Shown here: piece by piece, positions 1 through 9,900 of the stretch
Layout of the letters: every line of letters begins with the position of its first letter
Numbering within the stretch: the stretch's first letter is position 1
Virus record (IMG/VR): IMGVR_UViG_3300011906_000001
Location: 124,001 to 188,000 of that record
Length of the DNA stretch: 64,000 nt
Reading direction: 5' to 3' (one strand)
Origin: an uncultured virus (IMG/VR IMGVR_UViG_3300011906_000001)
Lineage: Duplodnaviria > Heunggongvirae > Uroviricota > Caudoviricetes
Notes under the pieces: model-generated
Database searches by the model: none
The model's input: only the letters and a program-made list of their open reading frames with translations
What the model was told of the DNA's origin: nothing
Position numbers and translations under genes: made by a program

Positions 1-660
1 AAGATCGATCAGATCAAGAATGTTATTGAACGCCTTAAAACCCATCCTGATTGCAGACGCTTGATTGTCAGTGCATGGAATGTCGCTGAGATCGAAGAGA
101 TGGCCCTCGCGCCCTGCCATACCCTCTTTCAGTTCTATACCAAACCGATGACTCACACGGAACGTGGGGAATGGTATCGTGCACGCACTACTGAAGCCGA
201 GCAGATGGAAAAAAAGGTATTACCCATTGGCGAAATCGTGCGTTTATCAGTCGAAGAGCAGATATCCGAAGCGCAAGCGGATGACTCGGTAACGGAACTA
301 TACGACTCTCTGGGCGTGCCCTCTCGTAAACTGTCCTGTCAGTTGTATCAGCGGAGCGCTGATACGCCAATCGGTTTGCCGTTCAATATTGTTCAATACA
401 GCTTGCTGACGCATTTAGTTGCTCAGGCGGTTAACATGGTACCTGACGAGTTTATATGGGTAGGAGGCGATACCCATATTTACAGCAATCAACATGAGGG
501 GGTCAATGAACACATCGACCGTCCATTGATTGAGGGTCCTCATCCTAAGGTTAAACTCAATCCTAACATCACCAATATCTTTGATTTCACCTTTGATGAT
601 ATCGAGGTGGTGGACTATGAACCACAAGCGGTGATCAAGTATCCATCAGCAGCTGTCTAA
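1..660 (+). CDS. thyA: Thymidylate synthase, C-terminal part (5' end outside the window)
   Basis: Motifs SAWN, MALAPCH (catalytic Cys), LYQRSAD, GLPFNI and GDTHIY. The frame is open to the left edge. Confidence 0.97.
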   Translation, partial: KIDQIKNVIERLKTHPDCRRLIVSAWNVAEIEEMALAPCHTLFQFYTKPMTHTERGEWYRARTTEAEQMEKKVLPIGEIVRLSVEEQISEAQADDSVTELYDSLGVPSRKLSCQLYQRSADTPIGLPFNIVQYSLLTHLVAQAVNMVPDEFIWVGGDTHIYSNQHEGVNEHIDRPLIEGPHPKVKLNPNITNIFDFTFDDIEVVDYEPQAVIKYPSAAV

Positions 661-679
661 GGATGCGAAGGATTAAATC

Positions 680-901
680 ATGCGTAAGAAACAAGACTAC
701 CCGGATCGCAGACCTACGACACCCATGCCGGATGGTACTACCCACCATGATAACCGCTATTGGTACAAGGATGGTGGGCGAACTTACTGGTCAGATCCCT
801 ATGGGGAGGGGTATGACTGGTATAGCTGTCACTGGGGTGTGATGGACCCACTGGATCATCTATGGGCGATTGATACCCCACTTGCAAGTGAACTGAAGTA
901 A
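680..901 (+). CDS. Hypothetical Trp/Tyr-rich protein
   Basis: ORF with AAGGA RBS directly after thyA. Confidence 0.6.
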   Translation: MRKKQDYPDRRPTTPMPDGTTHHDNRYWYKDGGRTYWSDPYGEGYDWYSCHWGVMDPLDHLWAIDTPLASELK

Positions 902-970
902 CACTCGATGATTTTCAGTGCATGGTATGGGGAGGGTACACTAACTAAGTTATTAGGAGGTCACCTTTCT

Positions 971-1123
971 ATGTCTACTATTCTGATCATTGTCTTAGTG
1001 TTACTGCTTGTGGGTGTTTTACCTATCTTTCCTCACTCCAGAAGTTGGGGGTATATGCCAGGTGGGGTTATTGGACTGATCCTCCTGGTGCTTGTCATTA
1101 TGCTCTTAACAGGGCGATTGTAA
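971..1123 (+). CDS. Small membrane protein, DUF3309-like
   Basis: MSTILIIVLVLLLVGVLP..PHSRSWGYxPGG..LLTGRL; AGGAGG RBS before the ATG at 971. Confidence 0.8.
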   Translation: MSTILIIVLVLLLVGVLPIFPHSRSWGYMPGGVIGLILLVLVIMLLTGRL

Positions 1124-1181
1124 CTGTCATAACTGCCTGCCCTTCGGGGCAGGCGGTATGCCATCTGATTCGATCAATAAT

Positions 1182-1195
1182 AAAACATATATCAT
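1182..1195 (+). promoter_or_regulatory. Putative early (virion RNAP) promoter
   Basis: AAAACATATATCAT resembles the phiKZ early consensus TATATTAC; it follows a terminator and heads a run of + strand genes. Confidence 0.55.
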
Positions 1196-1232
1196 CGTAG
1201 TGATATCAACCCAGGCAAATAAGGAACTTTAA

Positions 1233-1766
1233 TTGAATCTGTCACTTAGTTTTATTCGCGAGGTGATTCGTGACCAGCTCGTCAAACCGTTTTACCTGCT
1301 AGATCCAAATGGTAATGAACATCAGGTCTATGACATTACGGACGATAAAGACTTTGTCATTGCTGATGAAGATGGGATTCGTAAGGTCGTAGAAGTTCAT
1401 CCTGAAGGGTGTGATTGCGGAGAAACCACCTATCTACTCCCTAGAGTCGTTATGGATCAAGTGATCAATCTTCAAGTCAAGCGCTCAATGCAGGCTGATC
1501 ATCAATTGCTTGATGCCTTTAAAGCTGACATCTTTAAAACAGAAGATGATTTTAAGAAAGGCAGTTATGTCACGCTTAAAAGTGAATACTTTGAAACAGC
1601 AGAAGGTCCTCGTTTTGGGGATCTGGTATTGGTGCATTCACAGTATCGTCCGACTGGCGTTAGCATTAACTTCATTGTGGGCTACACCAACCAAGACCGT
1701 TGTATTGTCATGGTTAAAGATGAAGCATGGCGATATCGAGCAGTTGATCCATCTGAACTGATCTGA
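1233..1766 (+). CDS. Hypothetical protein
   Basis: 177-aa ORF with AAGGA RBS. Confidence 0.7.
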   Translation: MNLSLSFIREVIRDQLVKPFYLLDPNGNEHQVYDITDDKDFVIADEDGIRKVVEVHPEGCDCGETTYLLPRVVMDQVINLQVKRSMQADHQLLDAFKADIFKTEDDFKKGSYVTLKSEYFETAEGPRFGDLVLVHSQYRPTGVSINFIVGYTNQDRCIVMVKDEAWRYRAVDPSELI

Positions 1767-1842
1767 TTGCTTTTACTAAAACCCAATAAATCGTCTGGGA
1801 TTAATATCCCTTTTCTTAAACTGGTACTCTAAGGACCTTTAC

Positions 1843-2139
1843 ATGAGTGACGTACAAACCCAAAAGGCTGAAGCTGTAGATGTCAATACTGATGAGATTC
1901 TTAAAAATGATCAAGACGTCTTGATCGGAAAGCTTAATGACATCGTCGATAACATAGCCGATGAGGAAGGTACTGAAGTAGGGCGTGGGGCACGCCTTGC
2001 TATTGGCCAGGTGTTGGAAGTCGTTGACGGTAAGGATGGCGGTAACGGTTATTTCGTGATCTCTAAAACCTCCGGTATGCTGGAAGGTCCTGATCTGGCT
2101 GGTAACCTAAGCGAGTTGTTTGAAGGCATTAACAGCTAA
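1843..2139 (+). CDS. Hypothetical protein (LxxxFxxIN family member)
   Basis: RBS present; ends GNLSELFEGINS. Confidence 0.7.
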   Translation: MSDVQTQKAEAVDVNTDEILKNDQDVLIGKLNDIVDNIADEEGTEVGRGARLAIGQVLEVVDGKDGGNGYFVISKTSGMLEGPDLAGNLSELFEGINS

Positions 2140-2197
2140 CCATACACGACATAGAAAGGAGGCTTTGATCTCCTTTCTATCACCTTCAAAGCAATAG

Positions 2198-2491
2198 GTG
2201 ATAACCCGCGTGAACGCCAGTGAACAAGAACTTCAAATTGATCTTTGCGTACTTCAGAATCAGTTGAGAACACAGTTTGTCAATGAATTAACCTGCATTC
2301 CCTCAGCGATGGGACAACTAGGGGGTGAGGTAGCTGAGAAGGCTTCACGTTGTACCATTGAATCAATCTTAGAATTGCTTGATAAGGGTCATGGTGATGT
2401 CCGTTATCGACTGATGGCTAAATGTAAAGGAAAACACCCCGTGGTCATCAATGGTGATCTTCTTAAACTCTTTGATGCAATCAACACGTAA
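2198..2491 (+). CDS. Hypothetical protein (LxxxFxxIN family member)
   Basis: Ends GDLLKLFDAINT and resembles 1843-2139. Confidence 0.65.
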   Translation: MITRVNASEQELQIDLCVLQNQLRTQFVNELTCIPSAMGQLGGEVAEKASRCTIESILELLDKGHGDVRYRLMAKCKGKHPVVINGDLLKLFDAINT

Positions 2492-2502
2492 GGACGTGCT
2501 AC

Positions 2503-2793
2503 ATGTCTGAGCAAAATGCCGTTCCCGATGACAATTGGGATTTCGGTCAAGAAAGCGATAGTGTATTAGCTTCGGTGAGTGTTGTGTTGGATCAAGAAGA
2601 GAGCCGCGAGGTAGCCGTGAAGCGTCTCTTACCCACCCTGAAGACGCGTTATGCAATTAGGGTACTTGATCCTAGCCTTATCATAGAAAAACCCATAGCG
2701 GGCTTCCCTGATTTTAAGAACGCAGGAATTAACCTCCGTTTCACTGAAGAGAAACAATGGGTCATTGATAAACCCATCATTGCGTCCTCCTGA
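2503..2793 (+). CDS. Hypothetical protein
   Basis: ORF with AAGGA RBS, within an operon. Confidence 0.65.
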   Translation: MSEQNAVPDDNWDFGQESDSVLASVSVVLDQEESREVAVKRLLPTLKTRYAIRVLDPSLIIEKPIAGFPDFKNAGINLRFTEEKQWVIDKPIIASS

Positions 2794-2823
2794 ATACCCT
2801 CGTTTAAACTAAAAGGACTTAAC

Positions 2824-3156
2824 ATGAAAATATTAATCGGTTTGATGCTCGCCTTCCTTGTTATACCTGCTCAAGCTACCGTCTTAACCAAAACGCATTG
2901 CGTAGTTCTCGCCACTTGGACAGATATAGCGGTACGCCTTAAAGCTGAAGGAATACCTAAAGAGGGTGCATTTAAAGCAATAGCCATGGACATGGCACTC
3001 AGCGAAGACAAATATCGGATTCCGATGGCCGAAGTGTATGACCGGGGTAGGTTACTGGTAAGTGACCTCTATACCACTCCAATTATGGACAGTAAAGTAG
3101 CCGGTAAAGAAATAATGACTGCATGCATAGCTGATATTGGAAGAATATTTAATTAG
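2824..3156 (+). CDS. Putative secreted protein
   Basis: Sec-type signal peptide MKILIGLMLAFLVIPAQA; two Cys. Confidence 0.7.
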   Translation: MKILIGLMLAFLVIPAQATVLTKTHCVVLATWTDIAVRLKAEGIPKEGAFKAIAMDMALSEDKYRIPMAEVYDRGRLLVSDLYTTPIMDSKVAGKEIMTACIADIGRIFN

Positions 3157-3165
3157 AGTAAACGT

Positions 3166-3507
3166 ATGAAAACGATAATTGGGTTATTGCTCGTATTCTT
3201 CGTAATGCCTTCACAAGCAGCGGTCATAAGAACTATCCACTGCGATATTTTAGAGGCCGTGGCTGACTCAACGCTCAAGCTTAAAATGCTAGGTGATTCA
3301 GAAGAAGAGGTTAAAGACACCATGGTAGCGAGTATTGTCAGAGCGCCCAGCGACATTCGCTATCGCATGTTAGAAGTCTACGGTTACATTGATACTGTTA
3401 TCGAGATGGCTTACAAACTTCCTGATGAAGACCTTCCAGGATTACCTGGATCAAGCCGGGCGGCCTGTTTATTAAACCTTGGAAAAACAATTGAGAAGGA
3501 CGAGTGA
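3166..3507 (+). CDS. Putative secreted protein, paralog of 2824-3156
   Basis: Signal peptide MKTIIGLLLVFFVMPSQA; Cys positions conserved with the neighbour. Confidence 0.7.
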   Translation: MKTIIGLLLVFFVMPSQAAVIRTIHCDILEAVADSTLKLKMLGDSEEEVKDTMVASIVRAPSDIRYRMLEVYGYIDTVIEMAYKLPDEDLPGLPGSSRAACLLNLGKTIEKDE

Positions 3508-4559
3508 TGACTCAATCGAAACTGGCTGACCTTGTAGAGAAAGCCAAAACCTACATTCGTGAACACAACACCAGTAAAGCGCCTTATCACAGCAACCGAC
3601 ACATGTTGGAAATGTGTGGAATCGCCACTACGCTTTACACCAATTCCTCTGAACGGGAATACGAAACGAGCCAGGAACTCTACCACCTGCAACTCGCCTG
3701 CTTGTTCCATGACTTCGGTCATACAGGTGGTCATTTAACAGATCGTGAGAACATCACGATCGCCACCGAAGTCTTCCGGCAATGGGCTAAAGCCGAGAAT
3801 ATCTATCAAGGCGATATCGAACGCATCGTTCAGATGATCGAAATCACGGAATACCCGTTCAAGGAAAACCCACTGACTTTCGCCGAATCCTGTATCCGCG
3901 ATGCGGATGTGCTTTATCCCACACTGTCGGAAGATCCACGCATCATCATGGAACACCTGCGCGCTGAGATCGAGGTTTCCAGCAGTTGTCCTGTGTCTCA
4001 TCAAGCCATGCTCGATGGACAGTTTGCCTTTTCCGAGAACATCGTCCTGTTTACTAAACTTGGTCAAAAGTTCTGGGATCAGGCTATGCCACCCTATATG
4101 GCTACGCTTAAGGATTATGTACGTTACGCGCAGAGCGACTGCGATGTTAATTACGATTGTTTCTGCTACAAGGAAGAGCAAATCAAAGCTGAAGACATTC
4201 GAACGCTGTGGTGGCATCAAGCGGTTATCGAATACACCACACGGGAATACCGAACACCTCATCCTCTGTCAGTCGGTCTTCCTTCAGACGCTAATCTTGG
4301 GCCTGACCTTGAATGGCTGACATATCTGAAGCGGGTACAGACGTACTTGGGTCCAGATCGCGTCAATGCTTATCCTGCCACTATAGAAAAGCTTGATGCG
4401 CTTTATCGTGAGGCAGAAGCCGCATTCAACGAATACCCGTATGCCAATGAAACCCGGAGTCCTCGACGGTTCAAACAGGTTCATGGCAGTTGTGTCTATC
4501 GGTTTCGGGAACTTAAAGATAAAATCCGCTATATGGATCGTCCTCGGTACTGGGCTTAA
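3504..4559 (+). CDS. HD-domain metal-dependent phosphohydrolase with extra C-terminal domain
   Basis: PYHSNRH...LFHDFGH...IRDAD motif set. Confidence 0.85.
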   Translation: MMTQSKLADLVEKAKTYIREHNTSKAPYHSNRHMLEMCGIATTLYTNSSEREYETSQELYHLQLACLFHDFGHTGGHLTDRENITIATEVFRQWAKAENIYQGDIERIVQMIEITEYPFKENPLTFAESCIRDADVLYPTLSEDPRIIMEHLRAEIEVSSSCPVSHQAMLDGQFAFSENIVLFTKLGQKFWDQAMPPYMATLKDYVRYAQSDCDVNYDCFCYKEEQIKAEDIRTLWWHQAVIEYTTREYRTPHPLSVGLPSDANLGPDLEWLTYLKRVQTYLGPDRVNAYPATIEKLDALYREAEAAFNEYPYANETRSPRRFKQVHGSCVYRFRELKDKIRYMDRPRYWA

Positions 4560-4606
4560 TCATAAACCTCTTCATAAACCTATTCGGGCATTGCTAAGGA
4601 ATCCTC

Positions 4607-4861
4607 ATGAGCGTGGTTACAACCTACATTAAAGCCATCGAAAAAGACTTGGCTGCCTTAGAGGACGTGGTTCAGTTGGGTATGACCTTAACCCCTTCAG
4701 ATATAGCCACATTAAGAACCATCAAAGATGGCTTCATTAAGCTTCGGGACATGGACATTCGTAATGAAGCGATGCAGGGTTCAAACCTAAAGAAAATTGC
4801 GGACAAATGGGGAATCACAGATGCCAGGGCATCTGAGATCTGGAATGAATTCGATCGTTAA
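4607..4861 (+). CDS. Small HTH protein
   Basis: C-terminal NLKKIADKWGITDARASEI is an HTH-like pattern. Confidence 0.6.
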   Translation: MSVVTTYIKAIEKDLAALEDVVQLGMTLTPSDIATLRTIKDGFIKLRDMDIRNEAMQGSNLKKIADKWGITDARASEIWNEFDR

Positions 4862-4870
4862 GGACGATTC

Positions 4871-5326
4871 ATGAGTATTTACATTGCAGCCTCACGGGCG
4901 GATGGTATCCAACCTAAAGTCGATGACGCCTTGTTTTACATAGGGCACGTCCCAGCCTTTAAAGGTAAAGTCATCAATGGTCTGACTGAAAGTATTCACC
5001 GTGAGGATGGGGTAATTAAGACCTCCATCTTCAGGGTATTGGATGACATCCTTCATTCAGATATCTTCTACCATGTCATGGCTTTTAGTCAAGCCGATGA
5101 ACACAGTCCTATTACCGACCAGATGGCGTTTGCTTGGCTTGACCATAAAGACGATTTGACCGCGCTGCTTCAAAGCTTTCACGATATCTTAAAACTTGAA
5201 AATAAGCTTAATGCCATTCAGTTGAATAACGGCAATATGCTCACCGAGTATTTAGGCAATATCGATGGGGTTAAAGCGCTGTTTGTTAAAACCAATCGTC
5301 ATCAATTAAAAGTGGTCCCTTTATAA
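4871..5326 (+). CDS. Hypothetical protein
   Basis: ORF with RBS. Confidence 0.65.
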   Translation: MSIYIAASRADGIQPKVDDALFYIGHVPAFKGKVINGLTESIHREDGVIKTSIFRVLDDILHSDIFYHVMAFSQADEHSPITDQMAFAWLDHKDDLTALLQSFHDILKLENKLNAIQLNNGNMLTEYLGNIDGVKALFVKTNRHQLKVVPL

Positions 5327-5389
5327 ACTTAAGTAGATATAAAGATCTTTCCCGTTAAGGAAAGGGCTTTACCCCAATAAGGATAATCC

Positions 5390-5677
5390 ATGCCCAGAAC
5401 AACGAACAATGAATTAGATGCCCTTCCGGGCTTTTTCTATTACCCAAAGGATGCTGAGGGTTTAGAGATTTTAAGCATTGAAGAAAGAAAACAGCTTCTT
5501 CATAATCAAGGGTTAAACCAGGTCGTTGATCATCTTGATGTCAACGATCCCAAACAGTTTACTGATTTGTTTAATGCGCTTGATAATAGACGCATTCCAA
5601 CCCATCGTCGTCCTGGAACCCCTTTTCTTGGATATGGTGAAGTCCCTGTTGATCTTCGCGTTATCATAGAACTCTGA
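5390..5677 (+). CDS. Hypothetical protein
   Basis: ORF with RBS, followed by a terminator hairpin. Confidence 0.65.
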   Translation: MPRTTNNELDALPGFFYYPKDAEGLEILSIEERKQLLHNQGLNQVVDHLDVNDPKQFTDLFNALDNRRIPTHRRPGTPFLGYGEVPVDLRVIIEL

Positions 5678-5780
5678 TTCATATCCCTCTCTTTAATAGA
5701 GAGGGATTATGTTCCCCTTTTATTTTTTTTGATTTAATATTTACTCATGAGGGGGAACCTATGTTAATGAAAAAGGTAGA

Positions 5781-6965
5781 TTGGATATCATGGTAGAAGA
5801 GAATTGGAAACCCATTGAGGGATTTTCTAGATACCTAATTAGTAATCTTGGACGCATCAAAACAATTATAACAAACAATATTCTAAAAGCACACCCAAAC
5901 GCCAAAGGTTATTTGATTGTAAAAGCTAGAAACGATTCAGGCCTACTAAAAAATCTTAAACTACATAGATGTGTAGCCATGGCTTTTATTGGTGACCCCA
6001 CTGATGATAGAAATAAAGTCAATCACAAAGATGGGATTAAAACCAATAACCGATATGATAATCTTGAATGGGTTAACACGGCGGAAAATAATAAACACGC
6101 TTGGGATAACAATCTAATTGGATCACGAGTCCCCATCACTGTAACTGATTTATATACTGGCGAAAAATTAAGATTTAAGATGGCTTCGCACTGCGCGACA
6201 TATTTTAATATTTTACAAAAACGATTGAATCGACTTTGTCGCAATCATGAAATCGAACCATGGAAAGATCGTTATCTATTCAAAATAGAAGATGTAAAAC
6301 GTCGAAGAGGTACTCTTATACGTTGTATTGATTTAAGAACACAAGAGTTAATCATTGCCAACAGTTACGCCGATATGGAACAACGTATAAAGTTACCATT
6401 TAAAGCAATGATAAAAACATTAAGAAAAGATGGGTTATGTAATGGTTACTATTTTTGGATTGGTGATAATACAACAGACGCTTTGGCGAGAATTGCTAAA
6501 TTCACAAAATCTGAGATAGAAGAATCTATTTCGCGTTATTCTTGTAATGGAGCACCAGTAGCAAGAGAATATACAGTTTACAACTATAAGACGAGGGAAC
6601 GTAAAGTAATCAGAGGTTTCAAAGAAGTTGCGAAACATATTGGTATAAACCAATGGAAAATTCAAAACTTTTTAAGGATTAAAGCTATTCATCCAATTCA
6701 TGGATATTTTGTAACGGAGGGTGACATTACCGAATATCCTACATTTAGTGAGGATTTGATTGAAGCGAGTCTAAATGGCTTAATAATCAAAAATAAACCT
6801 GGGGTTAAATTCACCGATTTAACAACTGGAATAACTACTTGTTGGCCCACTTTGAGTAAAGGTTCAGTTGCCTTAAATACCACACTAATAAAAATAAAAG
6901 AGCGCATTAATAAACCGGAATTATATTTGGATTATAAAACTGAGCTTATTCCTTATTCGGTTTAA
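5781..6965 (+). mobile_element. Free-standing HNH homing endonuclease (NUMOD4 + HNH + repeated NUMOD1-like DNA-binding modules)
   Basis: WKPIEGFSRYLISNLGRIK (NUMOD4); LHRCVAMAF..VNHKDGIKTNNRYDNLEWVNTAENNKH (HNH). Visibly more AT-rich than its flanks. Confidence 0.92.
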
Positions 6966-7032
6966 TAGCAGAAGTAGACATAATCCCTTCCCATGACCGG
7001 GGAGGGGGTTTATGCCTTATTTAAATAAGATT

Positions 7033-7046
7033 AAAGCCTATATTAC
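7033..7046 (+). promoter_or_regulatory. Early promoter
   Basis: AAAGCCTATATTAC contains the exact phiKZ early core TATATTAC. Confidence 0.7.
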
Positions 7047-7125
7047 TGTTGTGATCATAGCAGTACATTCGAAAGGAAAGTTGAGTGTAACTCATCATTA
7101 ACTTCATTTAAAGTAAGAGGGAGGG

Positions 7126-7755
7126 TTGGACATGGATGATAATAACGGGCTTCCTCATGGCCTTGCTTTAGGGTACAGTAAACGCATGCAAGTCACGCAT
7201 GCCGCCTACAGACGCATCAGGCAACACATTAAAGGATTAGATGACCCAAGCTATGCCTTACTCGATAAAGCCTTAGAATCCTTTCTAAGCACTAATGATC
7301 AAGGCTGTATTGCCGCTGTATTGCCTGATATTGACAAAGGCCATTCAGGGCATTGGCATCTTTGGGGGTATAGCAACTTAAGATGGCTTTATGATGGAAA
7401 AGATTATATTCCTAAAAAACTGTATGAAGTTGACTATCAGTCTCCACCTAAGGCCTTTTACATGCAAGGCTTTAGACGGCTTTATAAGCTAGACACCTTA
7501 AATGAATTGCTAAAGGCCTATGCCTTTAATGATAGTGATTGGGTGAATTTGCCTAATTGCCTTTATCATGAATTCAAAGACGTCTATCAAGACATCTTCT
7601 ACAAACGAGAAGGGGCGTGTTTGACAATTAAAATGATTGGCGCTAAAGGCGGTCTAGAACTTAAGCTTTACCCTAACCATTATGAATCTGAGCATTTAAA
7701 TTTGATTAACATGGTTGAAGCCTATAAACGAAAACATGACAAGGAGATTGCTTAA
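7126..7755 (+). CDS. Hypothetical protein
   Basis: 209-aa ORF with GAGG RBS. Confidence 0.7.
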   Translation: MDMDDNNGLPHGLALGYSKRMQVTHAAYRRIRQHIKGLDDPSYALLDKALESFLSTNDQGCIAAVLPDIDKGHSGHWHLWGYSNLRWLYDGKDYIPKKLYEVDYQSPPKAFYMQGFRRLYKLDTLNELLKAYAFNDSDWVNLPNCLYHEFKDVYQDIFYKREGACLTIKMIGAKGGLELKLYPNHYESEHLNLINMVEAYKRKHDKEIA

Positions 7756-7816
7756 AAACACTTAAGTCGCTAGATACTGTGCAACAAACCCAATAATCGA
7801 TTAGGACTGATTACTA

Positions 7817-8128
7817 ATGAGCACTGAACAAACTGTTGATGCCAACATCCCGTTTGATACCGCAGCTGAGCGTGCGCCTGAGCTTGCAGCAGGCGTTGAA
7901 CTGCCTGAAGTGGAACAATCCCCTAGCTTCTTTGAAAACATCACGCACAAGCGCGCTGAGGCCATTGCTGAAGGCCTAGATGAGAAGGCGTTGGATAAAG
8001 GCATCGAATGCGTGCTGAAGAGCCTGGAAGAATCGGTTGAATCGATTCACTATAAAGGCGCCGCCGAAGGCCTGATAGGCAACACCGTTGGAATGACCAC
8101 TGAGTTTTTCCATTCGATCAATAACTGA
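7817..8128 (+). CDS. Hypothetical acidic protein
   Basis: RBS present; ends EFFHSINN. Confidence 0.65.
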   Translation: MSTEQTVDANIPFDTAAERAPELAAGVELPEVEQSPSFFENITHKRAEAIAEGLDEKALDKGIECVLKSLEESVESIHYKGAAEGLIGNTVGMTTEFFHSINN

Positions 8129-8201
8129 TCGATCAAAAGGAAGAGCCGTTAAGGCTCTTCCTTTATGCCGCTTTTTAATAAACCAATTTAGGATAAAGCC
8201 C

Positions 8202-8729
8202 ATGAATTCCATGAACTCTCTCGTGTTTGATCAGAAGACCACCGATGTTGCCAAGCTCGATGCAGGCCAAGCGGCTAAAGAGAAGCTAACGGTTAAACAA
8301 GCGGCGATTAAAACTGCGTACATGGTTCGATTCACCATTTTGTCGTTTATCGGATTCTTTCTGTTGGGCTTAGCCGGTTATGGTGCCTGGGCGTGGGAGC
8401 ATCGGGTTCAATCGGCGTTTACCGATTACAGAACCTGTAGCGTTAAAGTGGGTAATAAGGAAGTTACCGGTACGCGAAGCTTCACCTACCCTTTTACTGA
8501 AGTATTGGGTTATCGCTTTATTGATACCAAACACATCCATCAAGAAACCAAGATTGATATCAGAGGCGATGCCATTACGATTGTGGGGACGCAAGGTGAT
8601 AAGTGGTGGGCCATCCCGGTTGGAACAGGGGAGCGGGGTGTTCAACTCCTAAAACCTGCTGATGCCTACACCTTTGTCATTGACGGTAAAGACGCTGGGG
8701 TAATTGAGTACAACAGCTTCTGTCGATAA
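8202..8729 (+). CDS. Single-pass membrane protein
   Basis: Hydrophobic segment FTILSFIGFFLLGLAGYGAW. Confidence 0.7.
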   Translation: MNSMNSLVFDQKTTDVAKLDAGQAAKEKLTVKQAAIKTAYMVRFTILSFIGFFLLGLAGYGAWAWEHRVQSAFTDYRTCSVKVGNKEVTGTRSFTYPFTEVLGYRFIDTKHIHQETKIDIRGDAITIVGTQGDKWWAIPVGTGERGVQLLKPADAYTFVIDGKDAGVIEYNSFCR

Positions 8730-8773
8730 GACAGGATGATGATGCTATGAGTTCAGCGACTTAAGGCATCATC

Positions 8774-9025
8774 ATGACCCGCGTGCCGAAGTTTTGGAAA
8801 GAGCATTCATTGAGCATTGTCATCATTTCAATATTTGTGGTGATGCTCATTGCAAGCTGGCCATTAGGAAAGCATTCCTGGGATGGTAAGAGTCCTTATT
8901 ATCTCTACTGGCTAAGCGAGACGATATTCTCTTTGGAGGCAGATGTTGGCGGGATGATCCTTATTGTTCTTTTCACCAAATGGTTTCGTGAAAAAGGCTC
9001 GTCTGAAGATAAAAACAACGACTAG
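8774..9025 (+). CDS. Small membrane protein (DUF6766-like)
   Basis: FWKEHSLSIV...VLFTKWFREKGSSED with two hydrophobic helices. Confidence 0.55.
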   Translation: MTRVPKFWKEHSLSIVIISIFVVMLIASWPLGKHSWDGKSPYYLYWLSETIFSLEADVGGMILIVLFTKWFREKGSSEDKNND

Positions 9026-9036
9026 AGAGCGTTATA

Positions 9037-9285
9037 ATGAACTGGCTTAATCTTGGGGAAATTCCTTTATCGAATGCAGCGTTGGATGTTCTTTCTCACC
9101 TCAAGCATAAAGGCCCTCTTGAAGATGGCAGCCTTCCCAATGAAATGGGAATGAGTGAGTTGATCCAATCGGGCTTGGCTGAAAAGAATGCCGATAACGC
9201 CAAACCCAATCGTCTCACCAGCAAAGGCACTCAAGCTGCTGCTATCATGTGTCATGAACTTGACTCTAACATCGACTTTCAATAA
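9037..9285 (+). CDS. Small winged-helix-like protein
   Basis: ELIQSGLAE...RLTSKG pattern. Confidence 0.5.
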   Translation: MNWLNLGEIPLSNAALDVLSHLKHKGPLEDGSLPNEMGMSELIQSGLAEKNADNAKPNRLTSKGTQAAAIMCHELDSNIDFQ

Positions 9286-9309
9286 CCCGATTTAAAAGGA
9301 TGATTAAGA

Positions 9310-9900
9310 ATGGGCTTTAAAAGCTTATCGGATATCATGACTGAAAAACGCTTGGTGGCACTCAAGCAAGTCTATTCCAATTATGAAGTCATGCTAAATG
9401 ACCCAAGGACATTGGCTCAACTCAATGACCCTAATAACAAGCGCCCAATGCTGTCGTTTGCCGTCCAAACGCATTTGGATGAAAGCCAGATCAATCAACT
9501 CAAAAAAGAACTGGTAGGCGCAGGTTGGTTCGAGCCTCAAGTCTATCGGAAGACCTCGGGTTCTGGTATGGAGCTCTTTCAGATCGAAGCCTTGAAGAAC
9601 GATCCGAATAAACCCGCAGAGGAGCCTCCTGTGGAACCGGTTCCAGAACCTGAAGTGCCTGAGCCGGTAGAGCCTCCTGTTGATTCTGAGGATGGGGTGG
9701 AAGAACCGCCTGTCGAGGCACAACCACACGAACCGGATGAAGAAGAGCCTCCTCTTCCTGAAGATCCTGAAGGGGGTGAAGAAGAACCTGTAGCAGAAGA
9801 ACCTGAGGCTCCTGTGGAAGAACCCCTTCCTGAGACGCCAGAGGCACCTGTAGAGGAACAAGCCCCTTCAGACGAAGAACCGGTTCAGACCACCCCGTAA
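9310..9900 (+). CDS. Protein with Pro/Glu-rich low-complexity tail
   Basis: C-terminal half made of repeated PVEE/EPE motifs. Confidence 0.75.
   Translation: MGFKSLSDIMTEKRLVALKQVYSNYEVMLNDPRTLAQLNDPNNKRPMLSFAVQTHLDESQINQLKKELVGAGWFEPQVYRKTSGSGMELFQIEALKNDPNKPAEEPPVEPVPEPEVPEPVEPPVDSEDGVEEPPVEAQPHEPDEEEPPLPEDPEGGEEEPVAEEPEAPVEEPLPETPEAPVEEQAPSDEEPVQTTP

Noticed and set aside
5700..7000. Group I intron around the HNH gene
   Set aside because: The flanking genes are complete, terminator hairpins lie on both sides, and there is no room for an intron core.
9394..9861. Arg/Phe-rich minus-strand ORFs
   Set aside because: They are antisense readings of the Pro/Glu low-complexity region.
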